This document shows, piece after piece, positions 40,881 to 53,452 of a stretch of 64,000 bases of DNA. The translations under genes were made by a program, and so were the position numbers. Origin of the DNA: Lama guanicoe (taxonomy: Eukaryota); NCBI GenBank assembly GCA_013239625.1, contig MU053550.1, positions 47,976 through 111,975 of the forward strand. The letters are read 5' to 3'. The notes beneath the pieces are model-generated. The model did not search any database. It worked only from the letters and a program-made list of their open reading frames with translations, and was not told the DNA's origin. Positions within the stretch are counted from its first letter, which is position 1, and the number at the start of each line of letters is the position of its first letter.

Positions 40881-42767
40881 CTGACAACCCAAAAACCCAG
40901 CAGCATGAGACACACTAATGATCGTAGTTTTACACAGAAAACTTGCCTCCAATCCACGCTTACACAGACAAATTGCATGTGCTGTACACCTCACATAAAC
41001 GTGAGAAGTGATGTAAATCGCACATAAATGCCACAAGAGATGTGAATACCAGGCATGTTAAACTTTAGGGGAGGAGGAATGTAGGATGTCAAAAAGAATG
41101 AGGGCATCCACTAATGTAACATGCTGACAGCAGGAGCAGCTGTGTGCAGGGCATAGGGAATATATGGGAACTCCACTTTCTGTGAATTTTTCTGTAAACC
41201 TAAAACTGNNNNNNNNNNNNNNNNNNNNNNNNNNNNNNNNNNNNNNNNNNNNNNNNNNNNNNNNNNNNNNNNNNNNNNNNNNNNNNNNNNNNNNNNNNNN
41301 NNNNNNNNNNNNNNNNNNNNNNNNNNNNNNNNNNNNNNNNNNNNNNNNNNNNNNNNNNNNNNNNNNNNNNNNNNNNNNNNNNNNNNNNNNNNNNNNNNNN
41401 NNNNNNNNNNNNNNNNNNNNNNNNNNNNNNNNNNNNNNNNNNNNNNNNNNNNNNNNNNNNNNNNNNNNNNNNNNNNNNNNNNNNNNNNNNNNNNNNNNNN
41501 NNNNNNNNNNNNNNNNNNNNNNNNNNTGGCAGGTATCTCCCTGCATTTGCACAAGATCCATGTCCCTGACCCATTGTAGTTCTGACTGTGTGGACCCAAG
41601 GACAACGAGGGTGTCTGAAGCATAAATTGCACGTGGCTGATAGGGTAGGGTTNNNNNNNNNNNNNNNNNNNNNNNNNNNNNNNNNNNNNNNNNNNNNNNN
41701 NNNNNNNNNNNNNNNNNNNNNNNNNNNNNNNNNNNNNNNNNNNNNNNNNNNNNNNNNNNNNNNNNNNNNNNNNNNNNNNNNNNNNNNNNNNNNNNNNNNN
41801 NNNNNNNNNNNNNNNNNNNNNNNNNNNNNNNNNNNNNNNNNNNNNNNNNNNNNNNNNNNNNNNNNNNNNNNNNNNNNNNNNNNNNNNNNNNNNNNNNNNN
41901 NNNNNNNNNNNNNNNNNNNNNNNNNNNNNNNNNNNNNAAAAAAAAAAAAAAAGGTCAGCCATTCCTTAAAATTTATAAGCACAACAGTATCCAATGGGCA
42001 AGAACTGTCCTCTGTCAGGTGTAAGTTGAAAGAGAGCTACTTTAAACATCCTTCTAAATGATATTATCTTGTCTCCCGGAACGGCAGTAAGGTAGGACTA
42101 TTGAAGAAAACAAACAAAACACGGGGCAACTTGCTAGAAGTATTTGGGGAACATAAAACGAGTCTAACTCCTAGTTCAGAATTTGAATTGGTCTTGGTGT
42201 TTTCAGAAGATGACCACTGAGCAGACCACTGGGAGAACCACCCAGCCACATGCAGCGTGTGGGAAGCACTTAACTTGGGCCTCTAAGCCGCTGGCTGGGA
42301 TACAAGCCAGAGAGAAGAAACATTTATTATAGAAGCCACAGCTGATGAGAATGGAGCTACACTAACAGGAACAGCATGGGGGGAAGAAACATAACACTGT
42401 GATTACTTGTACTCTCCATAATGAACAAGCAAATCTTCCTCTGGAACTAGAACCCTCTTCCACTTATTTGCAATACAGAGACTATTTACTTTCAACAATA
42501 GGGTACATGACCTAATGTAATAGAAATTATTATTAAGCACTGAGCTGTTTACACAGAGCTTGGATATTCTAATGCTTCCTTTGTACCTTTTACTAATGCA
42601 AAGCTGGAGCTAATCCACTTCTCACATAGGCTAGAGAAAATATGTTTCCACTTGAAGTTTTCTAAAGACTGCAATGTACTGAAATTGAAGTGCCTAAAAT
42701 ATAGTCTCTGTTTTGACTTGGTTCTAAAACTGGTGTAGAAATGACCTCAGCTGCAGGAGGAGCTTAC

Positions 42768-42994
42768 CAGACTCAATCATCATGATTGCCACTTTCTCAT
42801 ATATGGTGCTCAGGGTCACGATGATGATAAAACTGATGAGGGAAGCAGTGATGGGCATGGCCAACCTGCACAGTCAGGTACTTCTGGATTGGGTCTCTTC
42901 CATTCAGGTTCTTGGAAAGTTATGCAGATAATACAATGAACACTGAAATTCCATAGACAGTGATCCCAATAACTGAAGCAATTGTCATCAGGAC
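42768..42994 (-). pseudogene. ANO6: ANO6-like exon ~13, copy in contiguous sequence
   Basis: gtcag|GTCCTG ... TCTG|gtaagc. Reads VLMTIASVIGITVYGISVFIVLSA*LSKNLNGRDPIQKYLT, then a +1 frameshift, then ITASLISFIIIVTLSTIYEKVAIMM. TAA stop at 42920-42922. Confidence 0.92.
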
Positions 42995-44039
42995 CTGACA
43001 ACCCAAAAACCCAGCAGCATGAGACACACTAATGATCGTAGTTTTACACAGAAAACTTGCCTCCAATCCACGCTTACACAGACAAATTGCATGTGCTGTA
43101 CACCTCACATAAACGTGAGAAGTGATGTAAATCGCACATAAATGCCACAAGAGATGTGAATACCAGGCATGTTAAACTTTAGGGGAGGAGGAATGTAGGA
43201 TGTCAAAAAGAATGAGGGCATCCACTAATGTAACATGCTGACAGCAGGAGCAGCTGTGTGCAGGGCATAGGGAATATATGGGAACTCCACTTTCTGTGAA
43301 TTTTTCTGTAAACCTAAAACTGCAGTAAAGAAGGAAGCCTGTTAAGTATATCTTTAAATGGGTGAAAATGGAGTAACTGGTGGCATGTTCTTTTGGAGAC
43401 AAGTCTTTAATAGCAGAACCAATGAAAATATCCCTTCTACATCTATAGAATTACTTAGGTTATGAATTAGTTGTAACCCATGAAGGGGATATGCTTCCTT
43501 TCAAGGGAGAACCTATCACTGATTCAGGGGTCAGTAAGTGCTAGCTGTTGTCTTCATTCAGAATAGGACCAGTGGACATGCCCTGAGGGAAATAGTGGAA
43601 GTGACATCAGGTCTCTGCTCATGAAAGCTTCACATGCTTTTCATACTCCTTGAGATCTTAAAGTGGCAGGTATTCATACTCCCTGCATTTGCACAAGATC
43701 CATGTCCCTGACCCATTGTAGTTCTGACTGTGTGGACCCAAGGACAACGAGGGTGTCTGAAGCATAAATTGCACGTGGCTGATAGGGTTTCAGTTCCTGA
43801 CTAGGCAGGATTTTTTCTGGCCACTGAAGAATGTGCATTAAAGATCCCATTTTTAAACTGTTTTCCTTCCATCTACCATCTTGTTCATAGTCCAGAAGCA
43901 TGTACTCAGTGTCCCTGGCTGCTTCTGATGGCTGCCCCAGAGAGAAAGCTACAACGAATGTGAATTTCAAGACTAAGTGAATCACATCATATTATTTACA
44001 GCAACAGCGGGCGGCTGGCTTGCACCTGCAGGGGAGAGC

Positions 44040-44290
44040 AGAGGGAGTGTTTACAAGCCCCTCCTGGAGCCACACTCCTGCATCTGGATCCCAGCTCCGA
44101 TGCTAGTTGTGGGGCCTTGTGCAAATTTCTTAACCCCTAGGGGCTTCAATATCATCACCCATATAATGGGGGGATAATAATAGCAATTTATAGGACTATT
44201 GTGATGAGTCAATGATTTACTAATTGTGAAAACAATTGGAATATTAACCACAGGCATGTAAAAAACTCTACCTATGTATTAGCTATGAAA
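44040..44290 (+). mobile_element. MIR SINE
   Basis: ctggagccacactcctgcatctggatcccagctc...gggccttgtgcaaatttcttaaccc...ggataataatag. Confidence 0.75.
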
Positions 44291-44599
44291 TGGTGACCAA
44301 AGTCTTAAAAAGTTGTTTCTCTTAGTTTTTAAGCCATCAGTTTGTAGAGAAAACATTTTATTTCCTCCTCTACTCTCTTTCATCATCCTTTTCTTCACAA
44401 TTAAGGCTTCATGCTTGTGAAATGAATAACTTTTTGGTGTGTGTGTGATAAAATGTGAAAATTAGTTAAGGCTGAGAAAAATGTATTATAGAAGGTATAT
44501 TAAGCCTTCCTATCTTGTAGGGCACATATAGGCCATTTAAATAGTATGTATTTTTAAAAAGTCTGCATAATTTTTTAATTATGTATTAAGTAATCATAA

Positions 44600-44820
44600 T
44601 AGTTAAGATTCCTTAAATGCTTACTATTGCTTTAGCACACATCTATTTTTCTAAATCCTCACAATCACCTTGTGGGGAAGGTAATATTATATCTCTATTA
44701 CAGATGAGGAAATAGAGCCACGTGGAAATGATGCAATTTGCACCAAATGAAGCAACTATTAAGTGAAAGTACTGAAATACTCAAAGAGCCCAAAGACACA
44801 CTAACTGTATAGCACTGTCT
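44600..44820 (-). mobile_element. MIR SINE
   Basis: aatcctcacaatcaccttgtgggg...ttacagatgaggaaatagag. Confidence 0.75.
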
Positions 44821-45699
44821 CCTACATGGTCTGTGAAATCAATTCTAATTCATTTCAGAACTTTTACAAACTTGACACATTTCCATTTTTCTTCCAAGCA
44901 CTTAATGGGTTCAATATTTCTTAAGAAACAGGAAAGTTTTCCATTCTCCTTCCTCAAGTTTCTTCTTATTTATCATCTTTTCTGATCATAAATTTAACAT
45001 TTGCTCATTAAAGGAAATTTGAAAGTACTCAGTAGTGGACAGAACTGCTGTCCTGGATCTGTCCCCAGTCTTAGAAGAGGACCCAGAATTTGCTTTAGGA
45101 TAAATAACCTCCCTTTTGTTTTCAGTCCTGTGATTTAAGCTCGATTGACCCACTCTTTCTGAAGCACCAGAAGTAGATCTCAGTTGGTTTAAGACAAATA
45201 ATACCCCTCATTGTATTGGCCTCGCACATGATTGGAGAATTGGCAAATAACCCAGGAAGATCCACTATTATGTGAGGAGAAACGTGCTGGTGCCCATGTG
45301 AATGATGTTTCCTCTATCAAGTGAAGAAATTACCAAAAGAAACCTCTCTTGGTTTGGATGGATGATCTGTGATGCTGAGTGCCTAGAAGCAGTATGATGA
45401 GACATCATTTGACACAGAATGAAGACAGGACAAAACCAGCCCTTGATATCATCTGGGCTACAGTATCTCTCCTTGACTGATGCCAGACCTCAGAACTGAG
45501 GTTTGATTTACAGGAACCAATAAATCCCATGCATCCCCATTTTTTGGTTGTTGTTAAAACACATTGGAGATTGATTTTGTCACCTACAATCAAAAGACTC
45601 CAACTCTGAAAATGAATAAAAAATAAAATAAGAAAAATGCTTCTACCTATAGACATAATTCCTTCAGAAGGGTACATTGATTGTATATTGCAAATCATT

Positions 45700-46930
45700 T
45701 TATATATTATTTTTTTTCTCAAGCCTATCTTAAGAATAACACTTGGACATGTCACAAAGTATTTTCATGGACACACTTTTCATGGCTGCATACTATTCTA
45801 CATTGTGAAAGTTTGGAAGAATATTTTGGCTGAGATTTTATATATATATATACACATACAAAATTATGTCTGTGACTTGCATCCATACTGACTTTTCCCT
45901 GCCATTTTGAAATAATTCCTGATTATAAGTTTTTCAAAGCTGAGTTAGTGGATTAAAGCATATGAATATTTTTGAGTCTTGATATCAACTGCCAGACTGC
46001 TTTCTAAGAAGGCTTGAGGAGTACACCAGAAATTAACACAGCATTGTAAATCAACCATACTTCACAAAAAATATCCAGTAACCTAGGCATGAGATTGGTG
46101 ATCACTGGCATTTCATCCTCATAAACAGAGCTGTGTCAGTTGAGAGGTGGAAAGCTATTTCATTTTGATGTGCACTGAGTGAATTACCACTGGAGTGTGA
46201 CATCTATTTTTTCCTTTGTGAATGTGTGTTCTCTTTCTCTGCCTTCTATACTCCTGAGATTTTTTGATGTTACCTTTGAAGTGATCTGAACTCTCTATGT
46301 ATTGAAGGAATTAGCCCCTTGTTGGATTTGTAAACAAATAACTTCCTCTGGTGTTTTGTTTAAAATTAGGATTCTTCTGATGCATGGAAATCTTTGTATA
46401 CGTTCCTCTGAAACTTATTGCTCATCTAGAGGTTGTATACTCATCCATATTTATTTCTAGTTTTTTTAATTGTGTTACTTTTTAAGTGTTTCTGGAATTT
46501 ATCACAATATATGGTTCATTGTAAGATTTCAATCTTTTCTTTTCCCCCCAAGTAGCTAACAAGTGTTCCATTCACTGAATAACCTTTATTTATCTCCCTG
46601 ATTTGTAATGCCTTCCATCTCTTAAATTATTATTGATATCAGAGCCCATATCTGGACTTCCTGTCTATTTTCTAATCTGGCTATTCTTGAACTAGTAAAA
46701 CTCTCATTATTTTATTAATTATTATATTACTAATATGATTTTTTCACAATAAACCCCAAATCAATTTTATAACTTCTGATATTTTGGAGATATGATCTTT
46801 TAATCTAGAATCATGTGATTAAAACATGTTTATATCTTTTAGTAGTTTTTACTTTTATTTTTTGATAGTTCCTACTATCTGTTTGTTAGGCTATTCTTAG
46901 ACATTTTACCTTGGTTATTACTCTTGGAAA
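45700..46930 (-). mobile_element. Old degenerate L1 (antisense)
   Basis: T-rich: tttcatggctgcatactattct, actgccagactgctttc, ttcactgaataacc. Boundaries approximate. Confidence 0.55.
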
Positions 46931-47199
46931 ACTTTAGAAATCTTAATGCCTCCATCTGGTCTCTTAATCAGACCTTGGAGAATCCTAAACCACTGATCTG
47001 ATTTGAACAAATGAGGTGAAAAGAATTGGGGGAAGCACTGTGAGAAGAAGAGACTGTGGAACCTCCAGAGCGGCGCCCTGCGTTGGCTCAGATGTTCTCT
47101 GGATAAAGTTTTCTGTATGAGACTACATGGTTCCCAGCGTGGCGTTCAGGTTTTTCAGCATTTCACATTAGATTTTAAAAGTCTGTGGCAGGTTCTTAC

Positions 47200-47275
47200 C
47201 CAGAAATAGAGCCCTTGCACAAAGGGTTATATGTATAAACTTTCCCCAGGTGGTAAATGGAACACACTCTTCTTC
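47200..47275 (-). pseudogene. ANO6: ANO6-like exon ~12 (EEECVPFTTWGKFIHITLCARA...)
   Basis: attag|GAAGAAGAG ... TTCTGG|gtaaga. Matches EEERIPFTAWGKCIRITLCASAVFFW. Length 76 nt implies a 2-nt frameshifting deletion near the 3' end. Confidence 0.92.
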
Positions 47276-49169
47276 CTAATTAAAAAAACAAGTTTAGTCA
47301 ATCAAGGGATTACACCAATGAAATGATTTTTNNNNNNNNNNNNNNNNNNNNNNNNNNNNNNNNNNNTGTATAGTGTTTAATACTATTTTTTGAAAATGCA
47401 CATGTGAACAGTAAACTGTTTCTCTGCCATGGTCTGAGCATCTGATGAGGCCAAGCTTTAAAGCTCTATTCCTTAGCTTGCCTTTGCTTTGATTNNNNNN
47501 NNNNNNNNNNNNNNNNNNNNNNNNNNNNNNNNNNNNNNNNNNNNNNNNNNNNNNNNNNNNNNNNNNNNNNNNNNNNNNNNNNNNNNNNNNNNNNNNNNNN
47601 NNNNNNNNNNNNNNNNNNNNNNNNNNNNNNNNNNNNNNNNNNNNNNNNNNNNNNNNNNNNNNNNNNNNNNNNNNNNNNNNNNNNNNNNNNNNNNNNNNNN
47701 NNNNNNNNNNNNNNNNNNNNNNNNNNNNNNNNNNNNNNNNNNNNNNNNNNNNNNNNNNNNNNNNNNNNNNNNNNNNNNNNNNNNNNNNNNNNNNNNNNNN
47801 NNNNNNNNNNNNNNNNNNNNNNNNNNNNNNNNNNNNNNNNNNNNNNNNNNNNNNNNNNNNGAAGCAAGCTGCTGTGTTCAAATATGAATTTAGGCAACTT
47901 CATTCCCAAGCTCTCACTACCACAACGCTGGCTTCTCTAAACAATGGAGCATGCTTTCACAAGTAAAGTAAAATGCTTCAATTAAAAAACTAAAAAAAAA
48001 TTAGGCAATTTTTTAAATAAGAAAGAACGATCAAGTGAAATGAGTCTTCATCTTCAATTTTTCAACAAGCATGTTCCAATGAAAATTTAAACTTATTAGC
48101 TGGAAATTTTAAATTTAAACTTGGCAGTTTAAATGACCAAAAAACTTTTCTTCAGTATTTTTTGTATGCTGCCAATATGATAAGTTTTTGTTTTTCAGGA
48201 CTCAAAAGCATTATAAACATCTAATTTTGTCTAAGTTTTAGCTTTCATCTCTGAATGTACAGTCTTTCACCAACATATGCTTTTACCCTCAACTTCAGTT
48301 GTAAACAATTGGAACTATTCATAATGGGGACTATTAGAAGCTTATTACATTGTAAAAGACAAATGTCATTTTCTATTGGTAGCTGAACTTCATTTTTTTC
48401 CATTTATAAAAAGAGGAGTTTGACCTGCTCCCTCCATACCTTTTCAGTGCCAACATTCTATAGATCTGTGATTCAATTTATTAAATCTATATTTGGAGAC
48501 ATTTTCAGATGCTCCTAATAAAAGCATTTTCTTTCCAAGTGTTATTCATGCTCACAACCTACTCTCCTGCTGCTGCTGACTGCAAGCACCATCAGCTCTA
48601 AATTATCTCAGCTAACGGAAAGAAGCAATATTACAGATGACTCAAAAAATCATCTTTTCATAGCTCTGGAATTTTGATACAAAGATATACAGTTTTTTTT
48701 TAATTTTGCAGCAGGAGTGGCAGCAATAAATTTACATTTCCAATTATGTAAAATGCCAAGCTCAAACACTGCTAAAACACTGATGGCACCTCAACAAATG
48801 TTTCCCTGCTTCTTCTACCCTTTCTCTGACTTTATGATGAGAGCCATGCTGCTTTGTGCACATCCCAACCGGAAGGGGGAGCAGTGACCGGGACTTAGTT
48901 CAAGACAAAGGGGCACCTAGTCTACGATGAAAAGGAGGCCGCAATAATGAAGGCACATGTGAAAAAATGGGAGTCAACTATAAAAACGAACGTGTCTTTC
49001 CTTGTACATCAATGTCATAGCAGCTAATTTATATTTTGCATTTATTTTTTGGTGTTATGAAAGGATACAAATCAATGCCTCTTATAAACTTATACCAATC
49101 TTTTTCTTTTCCCCCTTTGTACTGTTATTATGAAGGAAGGACCACACTTCTCTTCTGTGTCCACCATTC

Positions 49170-49350
49170 CAGGCAGTGCTCCTTCACCTTGGCTACACAT
49201 AAGAATAACCAGAGGAGCTTTATAAACTTCCCTATGCCAGAATGCACCCCAGGCCACTAAGTACCATCAGAGTCTGCAGTGATGGAATCCAGGCACCAAC
49301 ATTTTTTAAGGTCCCCTGGTGAATCCAACATAAAGCCAAGGCTGACAAGT
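49170..49350. mobile_element. MER5A-like hAT-Charlie DNA transposon
   Basis: ttggctacacataagaataaccagaggagctttataaa...catcagagtctgc...ttttaaggtcccctggtgaatccaac...gccaaggctga. Confidence 0.75.
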
Positions 49351-49396
49351 TCAGAAGTAAACAGACTAAAGTGCATCTAAACAGCGCCCGCTTTTC

Positions 49397-49533
49397 CTGG
49401 GTAATCTCAACTATCTCCACGTGGGGACACCGCACCTCATATTCTGGCCGGACTTGTTCTTCCTGCTCAACCGTGTCCCATTTGTACTCAAGTTCTGCCT
49501 GGCGCAGCTTCCAGGACTCCAGAAGTAAGGTGA
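49397..49533 (-). pseudogene. ANO6: ANO6-like exon ~11 (VTLLLESWKLRQAELEYKWDTVEQEEQVRPEYEVRCPHVEIVEITQ)
   Basis: Polypyrimidine tract then ttag acceptor. Matches [48 protein letters not shown] with a 2-codon deletion. The donor position reads CCCAG|GAAAAG instead of GT. Confidence 0.93.
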
Positions 49534-49881
49534 CTAACAGAGAGAGAGAGAAGAGCAGAATGTGGATCTTCAGTGATGACTGATGCTTCAGAAATCTTTA
49601 CTTAATATTTATTACACTTAACACTTTGGTAAATGGTTAATAAAATCACATCTTATATATAGGCGATACTAAAGAGAAAAATGAGTTAATACCTTTTTTT
49701 TAAGAAACAAGAAAATGTAAATAATTTATTGAACTTTTGGAAACAGACTAGCTCTCTAGCTCAGGGGAAAGGTATTAACGTGATGGTCAGAGGCAGGTGA
49801 CTGTGTCTGATGCTAAAGTACCTGCTACCAGCATATTATGCCCACTAAGAACACAAATATTAATGCCCACTAACAAATATT

Positions 49882-49985
49882 GGGGGGAAGGGTGGGTATA
49901 GCTCAGTGATAGAGCACGTGCTAAGCATGTACAAGGTCCTGGGTTCAAGCACCATTACCACCATTAAAAAAGAAAGTAAAAAAAG
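49882..49985 (+). mobile_element. tRNA-derived SINE (camelid Vic-1-like)
   Basis: gggtatagctcagtgatagagcacgtgctaagcatgtacaaggtcctgggttcaa contains A and B boxes, followed by an A-rich tail. Confidence 0.88.
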
Positions 49986-50389
49986 CACAAGTAACTGTCA
50001 CAATTTAAAAGCACTGCACGGTCCACCCTCCAAGTCTTCTCCTCACATCCCTGTCTCTTCTGTCCAAAGGACATGAGGGTGGGGAAGGGGATTAGAATGC
50101 TTTAGTAACCCCTGCATTTCTATTTTCCACCACCCCAGTCACACAAAATTAATGTAATATTCTTAAATATGGAAAACTGCCATTTTCCTCAATCTTCGGT
50201 AAACTAATTTTTAGAAATCGTCATTCTGTTTTAAGACACGTAACTTCAAATTGCAGACGAAAACAACGTGAAATGTTAATTGAAAATGTGGCTTCAGGGT
50301 AAATCCCCTAAGCCCTTCTTCCAACCAGACTGTTACCCCTAGGCCCCAACTCTAGAGAAATTGCAGAATAACTACTGTTCCCTCCCCAG

Positions 50390-51255
50390 TTATACCTGAG
50401 TCCCTACCATGCTCTGAGAATAAAGAGAAAAAAGACACAGTCCCTGCTTCCGGGAGCTCCTAGGTGCACAGGAGTCATCGTGAAATGATGGCTGAGAAGG
50501 CATGTTAAGAGGGCTTGGATAACAGTCAGCAGAGGGTGCTCGAGGCAGAGAGCTGGAAATGTAGCCAAGGCTCTCCCAGAGGAGGGAACCACTGAGGTGA
50601 GTTCTGAGATGCCCTAGAAGTGATCAGGTGAAGGTATAATTTTAAGGCCATTTCTCCCTGGGGTGCTGCAGAGGCAAAGGAGGGAGGCCAAAGAGAGCCA
50701 GGTCACTTCCAGGAACTGCAAATAGTCTAGAAGGGAGCACAGGGTGTGGGAGGCAGGTGAGGCAACCAGATGGAGAGATCACAGGTGCATATCACATAGG
50801 ACTCTGCATGCCTCCAACGTAGAGGTCACATGCAAAGTGATCTAGAAAGAGACAAGATAGAGGCAGGGAGACCTATTGGCAGGTTCAAGTGAAGGCCTGA
50901 TGAGACCCCGCCAGGAGGAGAGAGAAGAAAACATTTCAGCAGGTGGACGGATTGGCCACAGGTGTGATGGAAGGGCAGGAAGAGGTGAAAGATGCCAGCC
51001 ACCTTTCTGGCTTTGGCAGTGTCCTAAATTATAGTGCCATTCCCTGAAATAAGAAGGGCAGGAAGAGGGGCAAATCATGAGAGGAGACAACTGATTTAGT
51101 TCTGGCTGGGTGCCTGTGGGCTCCAGGAGAGATGTCCAGTAGGCAGATAAATGTCTAGGAATCTGGAGAAAGTTCTAGGTTGAGCCAAGTAGTTTTCCTG
51201 TTTCAAGAGGCTAATGGGTGTGAGTGGACAAGCTCACGAGAAGAGGTGTAGAGTG
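50390..51255 (-). mobile_element. L2 fragment
   Basis: gacacagtccctgcttccgggagctc, gaggcagggagacc, gagatgtccagtaggcag. Confidence 0.7.
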
Positions 51256-51344
51256 GTAGCTCTCACCCTTCTGCACATGGGAAGCATCTGGGAGCCTTTA
51301 AATCATAGTGCATCCCAGCCTGGAGTGGGGCCTTTGTACTGTTT

Positions 51345-51480
51345 ATTATTTTTTAAATACTTCTTTCCTTTTGTGGGGAGTAGTTAGCCTTATTTATTTT
51401 AATGGAGGTACTGGGAATTGAACCCAGGACCTCTTGCATGCTAAGCACGTGCTCTACCACTGAGCCGGACCCTCCCCACC
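51345..51480 (-). mobile_element. tRNA-derived SINE (camelid Vic-1-like), apparently nested in a MER5-like remnant (~51258-51531)
   Basis: aatggaggtactgggaattgaacccaggacctcttgcatgctaagcacgtgctctaccactgagc. Flanks ctctcacccttctgcacatgggaagcatctgggagcc and gcagtcagggttgagaatca resemble the two MER5 halves. Confidence 0.88.
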
Positions 51481-53452
51481 TTTTTTTGTTTTTAGACATT
51501 AGCTCTACTGAGCAGTCAGGGTTGAGAATCAACCGGCAGAGAGCAGAGAGCCTTGGGGTAGAGATCAAGGAGAAGCTGCCCAGAGCCCTGCAGACCCCAC
51601 CAGGGGCAGCCGGAGACGCAGGGAGCCTCGGACGGGCTGTGAGGAAAGTGAACTGAACACTCCCCAATGGCGAAGACGAAAACATGTTTCAAGCTCCCAC
51701 TTCCCAGCAGTGTTTGTTCTGACTTTACTAGTTTTCCAGTAATACTGAGTGAGAATAGAAATTATCTGGACACCGGGATCATATTCAAATGTGGTGGTTC
51801 TGACCATTCTAAGCTGCGTGATTACTGATTAAAAGGTTACCCGTCTGCCAAGTGTAAACTGGGGGACCTAGCTCCGTGCTCGTGGGCTGCTGTGAGCGTA
51901 AAGAAGTGACATCTATAAAGGCCCTCCTGACTCTCAGAGGTAATTGCTACTATTGTTCCCATTTGGGACACCAAGAAACAGAGGCACAGAAAGCTTCAAA
52001 CATTTGCCCAAGATGAGGGTTGGGGTCAGGAATCAAGCCAATGACTTCGTGGATCCAGAGCCCAGAAATTTCTTACGAACAACACGGCACTGCCCATGTT
52101 CCCTGCTCCAAAACCCGCCTCCCTTTGGCTCAGTTCCATGGCGCCTGCGCTGCACAGATGCTGTCACTGCCTGCCTGCCCGCCTGGTGTCTGACCCCGGC
52201 ATTCCTCCCTCCGTCCCACACAGCGCTTCCTTGGGCACACCAACCCTCACGAGGCCATTGCTGTGGTTACTCGGATGTTTGCACAGAAACGCAGGGGGCA
52301 GCCCAGCTTTGTGCTATAGATGCTGCTGTCAGTGGAGGCAAAGAGCTCACAGTTGGTGGGGAGGCCACTTCTGGTCTCCTCCTTGGCTGGAGAGCTGCAT
52401 GAAATCCAGTTTCCCTCTGCAACTTAGACATCCAGCATGAGAGACATGTAAGGCCATCTGGCCTCTCAACATAGAAATGATGCCCCCACAGTCGTACTTA
52501 ACATTGTAATCTCCTGGCCCCACCAGGGAGCAGAGGCCATGGCCTGTTGTCCACCAAGTTTTGTTTCCTTGCACAACAGCTACAATGGGGTGAGTTAACA
52601 CCGGACCAGAAAATCTACAAAGACCTCGTGTACTATTTCCTGACACTTGCAGGTCACCCAAATAACTCAGATCCTCCAAGTAAACAACTAGTTAGAGGAA
52701 CTGAGCTGGCTCGTTTGTCAGATTCCTGATGGCAGGACTGATTTGGCCTCTCCTGCTCTCGGGATGATCCGTTCTCCTTCTATGTGACCTTCCCTAAGGG
52801 AAAGAGACTGTTCTTTGTTTATGGGCTAGGGAGTATTTGTGGCTGTCTGACCAGAACCTTCAAAAGTAAAACTCTTGGTGAGAATGGAAGCATGGCACCC
52901 ACGTCTCATGAGCACAGCTACCCAACTGCCTCATCTAGCCAAGACTGTGGCCAAAACCAGGGGTCCATTCTGTTGAGTGTTGGGTCTGGAGAGCAATGCC
53001 TTCACCACTTAGAAGCTGCCCCACCACTTGTGACCTTGTCCCCATAGAGGGGGAGGTGACGCATCCATGGGATGAAAGCCGCGAGGGCACTAGGTGACTG
53101 TGGACCAAGCTGTGACTGGCTGGTCCTGCCCCCCATGTGACCCATGTTATCCTCAAGTGCAGAAAATCCCCAAAGAGACCCCTGCTTGAGTGATTGGGTC
53201 TCCTATAAGCCAACTGTTCTCGGGCTGCCTAAGAAGCAACACAGTATACACAGTGAGCCACCCATTCACTGAAGTCCCCAAGGCTCACAGCTCCCTAATG
53301 TGACACCAGGTACCCCCAGCAAACAGAAGACCCTTACTTTATAATTCACTTGAGAATTCTACTACCAACACTGCCTTCCACCTTCCACTTATAAAGTTCT
53401 TTCCACTCTGTCCCCTGCTCTGCAATTGTGCAATCAGTCCAGAGCTCCTTCA

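Larger units (their letters stand above)
39828..43322. repeat. Near-identical 1.38-kb direct duplication (39828-41208 vs ~41942-43322), gap-bounded
   Basis: Offset 2114. Only two substitutions noticed (39920/42034, 40693/42807). 41527-41652 also repeats 43664-43790 with small indels. Confidence 0.92.
22245..49533 (-). pseudogene. ANO6: Unprocessed (intron-containing) partial ANO6/TMEM16F pseudogene, exons ~11-18
   Basis: Seven colinear minus-strand exons plus a 17-nt exon stub translate to anoctamin-6-like peptides in the correct order, mostly with AG/GT boundaries. They carry three in-frame stops, several frameshifting indels and a lost splice donor. Compared with recalled human ANO6. Confidence 0.93.

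Noticed and set aside
41058..42061. Long ORFs in the track containing X runs (also 32-653, 10266-10886, 36443-36904, 47294-47909)
   Set aside because: Their length comes from translating N-gaps.
22245..49533. Functional ANO6 gene with sequencing errors
   Set aside because: There are too many independent lesions, plus radical substitutions at conserved residues. The exon ~13 stop and frameshift appear in both assembled copies.
49882..49985. tRNA gene (also 51345-51480)
   Set aside because: tRNA-like A/B boxes are followed by A-rich tails with no proper acceptor stem, which fits a tRNA-derived SINE.
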